Positions 37,581 to 46,682 of a stretch of DNA of 64,000 nt are shown here, piece after piece. Numbering within the stretch: the first letter of the stretch is position 1; each line of letters begins with the position of its first letter. The position numbers were made by a program, and so were the translations under genes. The notes below the pieces were generated by a model. The model saw nothing but the letters and a program-made list of their open reading frames with translations. It was not told the origin of the DNA and made no database searches. Origin of the DNA: Pirellulales bacterium (GTDB lineage: Bacteria > Planctomycetota > Planctomycetia > Pirellulales > UBA1268); assembly GCA_044376405.1 (NCBI GenBank), contig JBILKZ010000002.1:1466-65465 (forward strand). Direction: 5' to 3'.

Positions 37581-37674
37581 GGGAGCTGCCGCCGAGGGGG
37601 GTACTCACTGATGCTTGTGGGGCGGGGATCGCCTGAGTCAGCATCTGCAGTATGGCGCATCCCGGTAGCCGCGT

Positions 37675-37774
37675 CAGCCGTAAGGGCGGCCCGTGTCAAT
37701 TCGTGCGCGCCGGCTGGCTGATTCGTGCGCGCCAGTGTCGATTCGTGCGCGCCAGTGTCGATTCGGCATTTTGC
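37675..37774 (+). promoter_or_regulatory. ~100-nt repeat element A with 3.5 direct ATTCGTGCGCGCC cores
   Basis: Cores start at 37699, 37721 and 37741, with a truncated one at 37761. Near-identical to 38776-38875. It ends 90 nt before the PEP-CTERM gene start and about 95 nt from the kinase start on the other strand. The regulatory role is inferred. Confidence 0.6.
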
Positions 37775-37863
37775 GGGGTAAGTCGCGTTGACAGAACCCA
37801 TGAAAACGCTTCACTGGTGGGGTTTCTAACCATAACCCTGCCGTCATTGTCGGAGTCGCGCTC

Positions 37864-38628
37864 GTGGGCAAGTTCATAGATAAGTTCGTCCGTCGGCCCT
37901 TCGTTCTCTCAGCCGTCGGTTTGGTCGTGACAACCGCGATCCGCGTGACGGCCATCGCCGCATCGCTCGCCGCAGGAGGCTCGACTTTTGCTGAACCCGT
38001 CTTCATCGGCGATTTCGACGGCAACACGATCACCGCGGTCGCAACCAACGAGTTGAGCTGGGCCCCTGCTTCCCGTTTGCTTGATGGAAGTGGGATGATC
38101 GACCTGACGGACGGGCGGGTCACGATGAACTCCAAGGCTTACAATACCTGGCCGGAAGTGTGGCTGTCAGATTATCGGGGCCCATATGGAACCAACGGGT
38201 CTGTTCTGTTTACTTTCGGAGAAAACACATCGCTTGAAGCGATGGTGATATGGAATATGAGTAATGCTGGATCCCCCACCGCATACGGGAGAGGTGTGCA
38301 GTTGGCGACGATTTCGTACTCGACGGGCGCTGACACGAGCGGCGAGGGCTCGACTCTATTTGATGGGACACTGGCGGAGGCAGTCTGGTCGGGGACGTAC
38401 ACCGGTATCGGCTATCAAAACAACATCAATGGTTTGACCGCGCAAAACGTAAAGGCTGTCAAGATGGCCTACACGTTGAACTATGGTAGCGGCGACTACA
38501 TCGGCCTGAGTGAAGTGCGTTTCGTGGGAACGCCCGTCGTCGTGCCCGAGCCCTCCACTTACGCCATGGCCCTCGCCGGTCTGGTCTGGGGTGGCTACTC
38601 GATGTGGCGGCGTCGCAAGCGGGCCTGA
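37864..38628 (+). CDS. PEP-CTERM protein with discoidin/galactose-binding-like body
   Basis: Signal/anchor-like N-terminus. The body ends ...GDYIGLSEVRFVG. C-terminal VPEPSTYAMALAGLVWGGYSMWRRRKRA. GTG start with GGAG 8 nt upstream. Confidence 0.85.
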   Translation: MGKFIDKFVRRPFVLSAVGLVVTTAIRVTAIAASLAAGGSTFAEPVFIGDFDGNTITAVATNELSWAPASRLLDGSGMIDLTDGRVTMNSKAYNTWPEVWLSDYRGPYGTNGSVLFTFGENTSLEAMVIWNMSNAGSPTAYGRGVQLATISYSTGADTSGEGSTLFDGTLAEAVWSGTYTGIGYQNNINGLTAQNVKAVKMAYTLNYGSGDYIGLSEVRFVGTPVVVPEPSTYAMALAGLVWGGYSMWRRRKRA

Positions 38629-38660
38629 CTCGAGACCTTCGCGGTGATCGTGATCTCACC

Positions 38661-38700
38661 CTGGGCTGGGCATCGCAGGATGCCCAGCCCGGTTTCGTTT
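38661..38700 (+). terminator. hairpin plus T-rich tail after PEP-CTERM gene 1
   Basis: ctgggctgggcatc-gcag-gatgcccagcccgg followed by tttcgttt. Confidence 0.6.
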
Positions 38701-38716
38701 GTGAAAGGGAAATCGA

Positions 38717-38770
38717 GGACGGGAGCGGCCTCTGCGAACCAGACGGGAAATTCGCTCCCGTCCCTTTTTT
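38717..38770 (+). terminator. second hairpin with T-run (GGACGGGAGCG family)
   Basis: ggacgggagcg-N25-cgctcccgtcc followed by ctttttt. Confidence 0.5.
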
Positions 38771-38775
38771 CTGTC

Positions 38776-38875
38776 CAGCAGTAAGGGCCGTTCGTGTCAA
38801 TTCGTGCGCGCCGGCGGGCTGATTCGTGCGCGCCAGTGTCGATTGGTGCGCGCCAGTGTCGATTCGGCATTTTAC
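38776..38875 (+). promoter_or_regulatory. ~100-nt repeat element B
   Basis: Copy of 37675-37774 at an offset of exactly 1101 nt, with about 7 mismatches by hand alignment. Cores start at 38800, 38822 and 38842 (the last is ATTGGTGCGCGCC), with a truncated one at 38862. It ends 87 nt before the start of PEP-CTERM gene 2. Confidence 0.6.
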
Positions 38876-38961
38876 TGCGTCTGGCCGCTTGCAGACGAAG
38901 GGGGCGGGGGGCTAGTTTTCGCTACGAACGCATCACCTCGCCCCCTAAAGAGCCCAACCCC

Positions 38962-39762
38962 ATGAAAGCAATTATCTTCGCCAATTGCCTGGCTGTGATG
39001 CTTGCCGCAGGACTCACTTCATTCGAAGGAACTGCACGCGGCGCGATAATCCAACTTACCGGCGGCGACCCTTCCGACGGACTCGCACTTGATCCCAATT
39101 CTGTCTTCGCGGCGATCTATACACCAGCGGACGGGAACTTCTCGCAATCCATCTTCCCGAGCGCAACTCAAACTTTTCAAGGCGTCACATTTTCCGCTAC
39201 GCCTTCCAGCATCGCGAGAGGAGGTCCCAGCGGATCGGGTGTCTATATTTTGGGAGCCCTGAACGCTGGCTCTGCGGGATTCAGTGACCCTGGATCTCCG
39301 TCCACGCAAGACGACAATCTGTTAAGTTTGATCAATGCCGGGGCGTACTTTAACTCCGAGTATCTCACGTTCACCGTTTCCGACTTAGCCCCGTACACCA
39401 GCTATCGGATCGACACGCTTTCGTCAAATCTTGGCTTCAGCACTCCTCGTTCGTTTACAGTCTCTTACAACGGCGGATCGGTTGCCGATACCCTTGCCAT
39501 CAGCGGTGCTGAAACTAACTACATCTATGCCATTCAGGATGTGGTGAGTTCAACTGGTGCAGGTGAGATCTTTATCAGATACGACAAGCTCACAGGGGAC
39601 GGACCCACGATCAATGCCTTGGTTGTTTCAGCTTTAACGTCGTCAGTCCCCGAGATCGACCCCGCTGGCTTCGGTAGCGTCGCGGCGCTCCTGACGGGGG
39701 CGTTCGGCCTGATCGAGCAGCGGCGTCGCCGTCGTAGCGAGACGATCGCTCGCTCCGCCTGA
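38962..39762 (+). CDS. PEP-CTERM sorting-domain protein
   Basis: Signal peptide MKAIIFANCLAVMLAAGLTSFEGTARG. C-terminal SVPEIDPAGFGSVAALLTGAFGLIEQRRRRR. The ATG at 38962 is preferred over the track start at 38794, which would read through the repeat element. Confidence 0.85.
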   Translation: MKAIIFANCLAVMLAAGLTSFEGTARGAIIQLTGGDPSDGLALDPNSVFAAIYTPADGNFSQSIFPSATQTFQGVTFSATPSSIARGGPSGSGVYILGALNAGSAGFSDPGSPSTQDDNLLSLINAGAYFNSEYLTFTVSDLAPYTSYRIDTLSSNLGFSTPRSFTVSYNGGSVADTLAISGAETNYIYAIQDVVSSTGAGEIFIRYDKLTGDGPTINALVVSALTSSVPEIDPAGFGSVAALLTGAFGLIEQRRRRRSETIARSA

Positions 39763-39789
39763 ACGAGCTTTCTCCATTGACCACTCACA

Positions 39790-39830
39790 ACCGGGCCGGG
39801 CATCGCAAGATGCCCGGCCCGGTGTCGTTT
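39790..39830 (+). terminator. hairpin plus T-rich tail after PEP-CTERM gene 2
   Basis: accgggccgggcatc-gcaa-gatgcccggcccggt followed by gtcgttt. Homologous to 38661-38700, with a compensatory base-pair change. Confidence 0.6.
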
Positions 39831-40039
39831 GGTGACGCCGTTGTCTTTTTGCGAAGTGCCCCCGAGGCGGAGGACGAATCGGGGACGGGAGCGACTTTTG
39901 CCACGATCGCTACACACGCTGTCGTCGCCTGTTCCCGTCAACCGCAGTCGACACTGAGAGGACGAGAGCGGCTTTTTCTGCGACCGATTCCACGGCACGT
40001 GATTGAATTCACTCCCCCCCTTTTTTGCCGTAAGTCACT

Positions 40040-40423
40040 ATGCGACAACCTTTGGAATACATTCACCTGTTTTCGGACGGTCTAGGCGAGTCGCATATTA
40101 AAACTGCGACCATACCGCTCCAGTCAGAGCAATTCGCACCGCCCGAACCACCGCTCGATGTTTCTGCCGTGAGCCGAGCTGAAGGGTGGAACCTCCTCAG
40201 ATTCGCTGCGGACTGGGTCGGTGGCTGGCATTGCACACCCTTCAGACAATGGATGTTCATTCTCACCGGGCAAGCAACTGTTCGCGCAAGCGACGGCAGC
40301 CAATGCGATCTCAAGCCGGGAAGCATCTGCCTGCTTGAGGACACCCGGGGAAAAGGGCACCTAACGACAATCATCGGGGGCAACGAGGTGCTGATCGCTG
40401 CCGTTCAAATTCCGGATCGGTGA
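40040..40423 (+). CDS. cupin-like small protein, hypothetical
   Basis: 127 aa. GWHCTPFRQWMFILTGQATVRASDGSQCDLKPGSICLLED suggests a beta-barrel cupin core. Weak call. Confidence 0.45.
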   Translation: MRQPLEYIHLFSDGLGESHIKTATIPLQSEQFAPPEPPLDVSAVSRAEGWNLLRFAADWVGGWHCTPFRQWMFILTGQATVRASDGSQCDLKPGSICLLEDTRGKGHLTTIIGGNEVLIAAVQIPDR

Positions 40424-40426
40424 ACG

Positions 40427-40547
40427 AGGTGCCAGAAAAAGGTGCCAGCCACCAAATCTGGGCAAGATGCCAGTTTCTCCAAGAAAAACGTGCCAGCCAC
40501 CAAATCTGGGCAAGATGGCAGCTTCTCCAATTTTGGTGGCTGGCGCC
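40427..40547. repeat. tandem 1.5 copies of repeat family R1 between convergent gene ends
   Basis: ggtgccagccaccaaatctgggcaagatgccag occurs at 40441 without its 3' arm. At 40490-40547 it occurs with the arm tttggtggctggcgc. Same element as 34259-34327. Confidence 0.8.
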
Positions 40548-40567
40548 ATTTCCCCCATTTTTCATTT

Positions 40568-41827
40568 TCAGGAGATGCTGCCGGCGATGACGCGGCCGCG
40601 GCGGAACGTGGCGGCAATCTGCGTGGCAGGATCGAGCACGGCTTCGCTGGGGTCGGCATGCCGCGACGACGGCCGGAGGATGGTCAGATCGGCGGACCGT
40701 CCCGGTGCGAGCATGCCGCAGCGACGTTCGAAGCCCAGAGCCCACGCCCCATGCTGCGTGGCCATCGCGAGGGCCTCACGCGGGCTGACCACGCCGCCCG
40801 CGACAAGCGCCCGGCACTCGGCCAGCACGGAGAGATCGGGGTTCGACGCACGGCTGTCGGTGCCGATCGCCACGCGGATGCCCGCTGCCCGAAAGGCCGC
40901 CACAGGCGGAAGCCTGCCGGCAAGCGCGAGCGTGGTGCGCGGGCAGACCGCCACACACAGCCGATCGCGATGCCGCGCGAGCCGCGAGAGTGCCACTTGA
41001 TCCTCCGGCAGAAACGTGCCGTGCACCACGACGCCCCGCGGTGCTCTGGCCAGGAGTGTGATCCAGTCGGCCACCGACAGGAACCGCGGCGGCGAGCCTG
41101 GCTGCCAGGCCCCTAACTGCTCGAGCAACGTGCGGAAGGCACCGCCGCCGGTGGTGAGCAGTTCTGCCTCGTCGCGGCTTTCGGCCAGGTGCATCATCAC
41201 TGGCAGCCGCCGACACACAGCCTCGCCAACCACCTCGCGTCCCAGCGATTCCGCCACGGAATAAGGGGCGTGGGGCGAGATGCCGATGCAGGTTCCTTCT
41301 GCACTCATCCGATCCAGATCGCGATGCAGCGACGAGCAAGCCGCATACATGGCGGTGCTCGACAGCCCGAGTGTCTCGCGAAAAACTCGCACAAGTGGCC
41401 CGCCTGCGGCGGCCATCGGATGTGCTGCCGTCGCGATCTCGCCGATCGCCGTCACCCCAGCCGCCGCTGACTGCTCAAGTCCAGTGACGACCGCAGCTCG
41501 CAGCCTCGCAGCTTCATCGGTGCCAGAAGCAGCCCGCGACCGACGCATCGCCACCACGCGTTCGATCCATGCGGGAAGGCCACCGCCGGGGGGGAGCGGA
41601 TGGTCGAGATCGGAAAACTCCAGATGCGTGTGCGCGTTGACGAGCCCCGGCAGAATGATCGCATCACCGAGATCAGCCACCGGTCCGCTGGGCTGGCCAC
41701 GGCCGACTCCAGAGATTCTGCCCCGCTCGATCCGCACCCAGCCATTTTCGATCGGCTCCGCGGCAACCGGGAGCACGTGCCGTGCCCGCAGCGTGATCGG
41801 CGTCGTGCAGGAGCGGATCTCGGTCAC
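40568..41827 (-). CDS. amidohydrolase-superfamily deaminase, probably aminodeoxyfutalosine deaminase by context
   Basis: ILPGLVNAHTHLEFS HxH metal motif, MHLAES, GTDS. It lies downstream of mqnA-mqnC on the same strand. Confidence 0.7.
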   Translation of the reverse strand: MTEIRSCTTPITLRARHVLPVAAEPIENGWVRIERGRISGVGRGQPSGPVADLGDAIILPGLVNAHTHLEFSDLDHPLPPGGGLPAWIERVVAMRRSRAASGTDEAARLRAAVVTGLEQSAAAGVTAIGEIATAAHPMAAAGGPLVRVFRETLGLSSTAMYAACSSLHRDLDRMSAEGTCIGISPHAPYSVAESLGREVVGEAVCRRLPVMMHLAESRDEAELLTTGGGAFRTLLEQLGAWQPGSPPRFLSVADWITLLARAPRGVVVHGTFLPEDQVALSRLARHRDRLCVAVCPRTTLALAGRLPPVAAFRAAGIRVAIGTDSRASNPDLSVLAECRALVAGGVVSPREALAMATQHGAWALGFERRCGMLAPGRSADLTILRPSSRHADPSEAVLDPATQIAATFRRGRVIAGSIS

Positions 41828-42051
41828 GAAGAGTGTCTTTCCTGAACGACTGAGAAGCCGCGAATCAGGCTTCCCCGAAAAGCACGAAAATCTCCCGATG
41901 CTGAGGAGCCGGTCGGAGGCACGCGCAGGAGCCGGTGCACTTTGCGACTCACGAGCGATTCACCATCGCCCACGAGCCTCCTGTAGCAAAGTCCGCCGGC
42001 GACGAGCATGCCGCAGCCGGCGAACCAATCCGCGTGACTCAGGCTCCTTCC

Positions 42052-43203
<1,152 letters not shown>

Positions 43204-43242
43204 GGATGTTTCGCGAGGTGTCGCCGCTTCGTCTGGCCCGAA

Positions 43243-44076
43243 TCATACCGTGGAAGGCAGCGCCGTCGCGACGTCGAAGCTAGCCGGGGCCAACGCCATG
43301 GTTTCCGCATGCCGGTAGAAACGCACGAGTGCCGCCCGCTCCCGCGGGCCGAGTTCGTAGTGAAGGTTGTCGCGGAGATAGCTCAGGCATTGAGGCACGG
43401 TGAGCCCGTGCGAAGACGCCTCAGCGGCGGCGATCGAGGCCAGATTGGCCCGCCCCGCATCGCGGGCCGCCGCCAGCAGGGGGGCGATGCTCCGAGCGTC
43501 GATGCCGGGGCGAGCGGCCCAGACAGCGAACACGAACGGCAGTCCGGTCCAGCGGCACCACTCGTCGCCGAGATCCCAGATCAGCTGAAACGACCCCGGT
43601 TGCGAACCGATCGCCCGGTCGCCGATCAGGAGCACTGCATCTGCCGAGGTATCGGCGAGGCCCGCACCGATGGGCAGCACCTCGATCTGCGGCACGACGC
43701 CGTGCCGCTCGGCGAGCAGAATGCGGGCCAGCGTCGCGCTCGTCCGCGATCCTTCGTCCACCGCCAGTCTCGCGACTCGGCCAGGCTGCGTGCGAAAGAA
43801 CAGCTTCACGCTCATCACCGGACCCCGGCAGCCGATGCACGCGTCGGAGACGACGCGGTAGGCGGCGCCGCGAAACAGTTCGATCGACGGGATCAAAGCC
43901 ACGTCGAGCAGACCGGCCGAAAGCTGGTCAGCCAGCCGACTTGGGAGATCGTAGGCCACATCGATGCCGCGGGCGGCGAGGCCATACACGAGCGGCTTGG
44001 TGTTGAGGTATTGCACCGCGCCGATGCGGGGGCTCGCAGCGTTGGAAGACGGTTTCGGGGCGATTCGGTTGACCAT
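43243..44076 (-). CDS. mqnA: chorismate dehydratase (futalosine pathway)
   Basis: RIGAVQYLNTKPLVYGL...LLDVALIPSIE...VSDACIGCRGPVMSVKLF. The ATG at 44076 is preferred over 44121. Confidence 0.85.
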   Translation of the reverse strand: MVNRIAPKPSSNAASPRIGAVQYLNTKPLVYGLAARGIDVAYDLPSRLADQLSAGLLDVALIPSIELFRGAAYRVVSDACIGCRGPVMSVKLFFRTQPGRVARLAVDEGSRTSATLARILLAERHGVVPQIEVLPIGAGLADTSADAVLLIGDRAIGSQPGSFQLIWDLGDEWCRWTGLPFVFAVWAARPGIDARSIAPLLAAARDAGRANLASIAAAEASSHGLTVPQCLSYLRDNLHYELGPRERAALVRFYRHAETMALAPASFDVATALPSTV

Positions 44077-44154
44077 GCGGCTGCCCTCCGGTGCGGTCTC
44101 TCGTTTTAACCGCAGCCGCACCCGAAACTATAACCGCCAGGTTCTCCGCCACGG

Positions 44155-45948
44155 CTACGGCTCGAGCCGCCGGAAGGCCCTCAAACCCAGTTCCAGCGGG
44201 AGAAACGTGGCGATTAGCCCCAGGAATGAGACCACCAGCAGGCTCGTGGCCGTCCCCTGCGGTCCGCTCGCCCAGCCCAGCAATCCGGTCGGCGGCGGTC
44301 CGCCACCACCGAATGCCCGAGAGGCCATGGCCAGGTGCGTGGGGATCGCCGCGATGATCACCACGCTCATGATGAACAGGGAACTCAGCACCAGGCAGAG
44401 CGTTCCGCCGAAGCCGGCCGCGATCTTCGCCGGCGAGGATTCCCGCAGGTCGGGCATCCGCGCTCCCAGCCCTACGGCGATCCCCGAGAGCCCCATGCAG
44501 AGCACCACGCAGCAAATTTCATGAACCCAGATGAGCGAACGTGAAATCCCCAGCATGGAATCACCCAGATAGAGCAAGGCGCAACAGGGCAGAAGCCCCC
44601 CGAAGAACGAGAACAGGAACTTCGACCAGACAATCTGGTCACGGTGCACCGGCAGGAGCCCGAGGATCCAGAACCGCCGGCCCTCCAGGCTGATCATCGG
44701 ATAGACGAATCGGGTCGTGAACGTCGAGAGGATGAGCCCGGCCACGGCCAGATTCAGAAAGCTGATCATCGACGCGTAGGCGATGTTGTAGTTGAACGCC
44801 CGCAGGTTGAAAAAATAGAGCCCCAGCAGCCCGAAGAAGATCACAAACTGTGACCACTGGGAGATGTCACGTCGGAAAAGTCGCAGGTCTTTCACGAGCA
44901 GCAAACGGAGTGGCCGACCGCGGGCCGTGCCGGCCGCGGAGAGAGCCTCGTCGACCCAGGCGATCCGCCGTTGCCGACGGGCGGGCACCTCGCCCACCAA
45001 CTGGCTGTACCCCTGCCGGTAGCACGACCGCGCCAGCCAGCGGGCCAACAAGTGCAGCAGCATCCCGTTCGACACCAGCACCGCCAGGAATTTGACCGCC
45101 TCGGAGAGCGAGGCAAGCCGGGCTTCCGGCTGCTCGCTGGCTCGGGCCGCCTCGATCAACCCGCTGGAGAGCCACCAACTGGGGAGAAACTTCTGTTCGG
45201 CAATGGACAGCCGCGCCAGCACCGTATCAAACCATTGAGAGGTCCCACCGGCTACGGTCACCGAACCGAGCAGCGACCATCCCAGCCATGCCGCTCCCGC
45301 ACAGATGACCGCGACGAGGATCGCGAGCGCATGCACCCTCAGCCGCCCCAGCCACGCGACCGCCGACATGCAGCAGATGCCGCCGAGCGTGGCAGGAATC
45401 ACCACAAACGACACCATGAACGGCAGCAGCAGCAGGTAATACGTCCACGGCGACCCCCGCACGACTCCGTAGGCGACGAGCATCGGGCTGCCCAGCAGGA
45501 TGAAGCCCCAACTGGAAAACCACATCGCCTCGTGGAACTTGTGGGAAAAGATCGCCTCGGCCCGAATAGGCAGCGTCAGCAGCAGCCTCGCCTCGGGCGA
45601 GCAATACATGTTTCCATACAGCAGGATTGCCGTGGAGAACACCAGCATGATCATCAGCGACGAGAAAAACGCATTGAATAACAGCGAGATCACCTCGGCA
45701 TGGATCGATTCGAGAAATGCGAAGCCTTCGATGAATAGGCCGTACAACGACCCCCAGAAGACCGCGCTCAGCAGAACCACCAAAGCCAGCCGTAGCCGCG
45801 CCCCAGATAGCATCGACCGCAGCGTCTCCCACGCGATCGTGGACCGCAGCCTCGACAACACCCGGGATTCCGCCTCCGCAGGGATCAAGCGGCTGGGACC
45901 GCAGTGCGTGCCGCGACCGGTCATGCTCCACCATGCCGTGCCGCTCAT
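44155..45948 (-). CDS. large polytopic ABC-type exporter permease, hypothetical
   Basis: 597 aa with 12 or more hydrophobic segments. ATGA overlap with the upstream ABC ATPase gene. Confidence 0.65.
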   Translation of the reverse strand: MSGTAWWSMTGRGTHCGPSRLIPAEAESRVLSRLRSTIAWETLRSMLSGARLRLALVVLLSAVFWGSLYGLFIEGFAFLESIHAEVISLLFNAFFSSLMIMLVFSTAILLYGNMYCSPEARLLLTLPIRAEAIFSHKFHEAMWFSSWGFILLGSPMLVAYGVVRGSPWTYYLLLLPFMVSFVVIPATLGGICCMSAVAWLGRLRVHALAILVAVICAGAAWLGWSLLGSVTVAGGTSQWFDTVLARLSIAEQKFLPSWWLSSGLIEAARASEQPEARLASLSEAVKFLAVLVSNGMLLHLLARWLARSCYRQGYSQLVGEVPARRQRRIAWVDEALSAAGTARGRPLRLLLVKDLRLFRRDISQWSQFVIFFGLLGLYFFNLRAFNYNIAYASMISFLNLAVAGLILSTFTTRFVYPMISLEGRRFWILGLLPVHRDQIVWSKFLFSFFGGLLPCCALLYLGDSMLGISRSLIWVHEICCVVLCMGLSGIAVGLGARMPDLRESSPAKIAAGFGGTLCLVLSSLFIMSVVIIAAIPTHLAMASRAFGGGGPPPTGLLGWASGPQGTATSLLVVSFLGLIATFLPLELGLRAFRRLEP

Positions 45949-46682
45949 GGCGATTCCGGCTTGGCGGTCGTGAGCTCGAGGTACAGATTCTCGAGGTTCG
46001 TTGTTTCCACGGCCATGTGGTCTCGGAGTTCGGCGATGGTGCCCAGAAACCGTAACTGCCCTCGCACCATGATGCCCACCCGGTCGGCCATCTCCTCGGC
46101 CATGGCAAGCGTGTGCGTCGACATGAAGACCGTCATGCCCTCCTGGGTGCGTGTCTTGAGAAGGTCTTTGACGATCCGGACGCTCCGCGGATCGAGCCCC
46201 ACCATCGGCTCGTCGAGCACGAGGACATCGGGATCGTGGAGCAGTGCGGCGGCGAAGACCAGCCGTTGCTTCATGCCGAGCGAGTAGCTCTCGGCGAGGT
46301 CGTCGGCAAACTCGGCCAGTTCGAAATGGTCGATCTCCCGATCGATCTTCTGCGTGGCGACATGCCGCGGCATGCCGAACATGTCGGCGATGAACCAGAG
46401 GAACTCCCGGCCGGTGAGCTTGTCGTAGAGCGTGGGCTCGTCGGGTACGTAGCCGGTGTGCAGGTGGGCGCTGCGTGCCTCCTTCGCCAGATCATGCCCG
46501 CAGATACGCACGGCACCGCGGGATGGCCGCAGCAGCCCCACCAACATCTTGATCGTCGTGGTCTTGCCCGCCCCGTTGGGCCCCAAGAGCGCGAAGAGTT
46601 CGCCCCTGGGGATCGACAGACTCAGATCTGTGACGGCGGGCTTGGGCCCGTAGGTGCGGGTGACGTGGTCGAACTCGATCAT
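45945..46682 (-). CDS. ABC transporter ATP-binding protein (ABC-2 type)
   Basis: Walker A GPNGAGKTT, signature YSLGMKQRL, and Walker B VLVLDEP. Confidence 0.92.
   Translation of the reverse strand: MIEFDHVTRTYGPKPAVTDLSLSIPRGELFALLGPNGAGKTTTIKMLVGLLRPSRGAVRICGHDLAKEARSAHLHTGYVPDEPTLYDKLTGREFLWFIADMFGMPRHVATQKIDREIDHFELAEFADDLAESYSLGMKQRLVFAAALLHDPDVLVLDEPMVGLDPRSVRIVKDLLKTRTQEGMTVFMSTHTLAMAEEMADRVGIMVRGQLRFLGTIAELRDHMAVETTNLENLYLELTTAKPESP

Noticed and set aside
37693-37766. Possible CRISPR-like array (20-22 nt periodic repeats)
   Set aside because: The repeats are contiguous with no unique spacers, there are only 3.5 units, and the whole block is duplicated upstream of a second gene. It is better explained as protein-binding direct repeats.
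38595-38870. Minus-strand ORFs translating the repeat elements (…RARIDTGAHES…), also 37674-38135
   Set aside because: The similarity of the two peptides is a by-product of the DNA repeat. The ORFs overlap the PEP-CTERM genes and terminators, and they have no start context or known motif.
40442-41116. Plus-strand ORF beginning MPATKSGQDASFSKKNVPATKSGQDGSF
   Set aside because: The repeated peptide is simply the translation of the tandem R1 hairpin element. The rest is antisense to the amidohydrolase gene.
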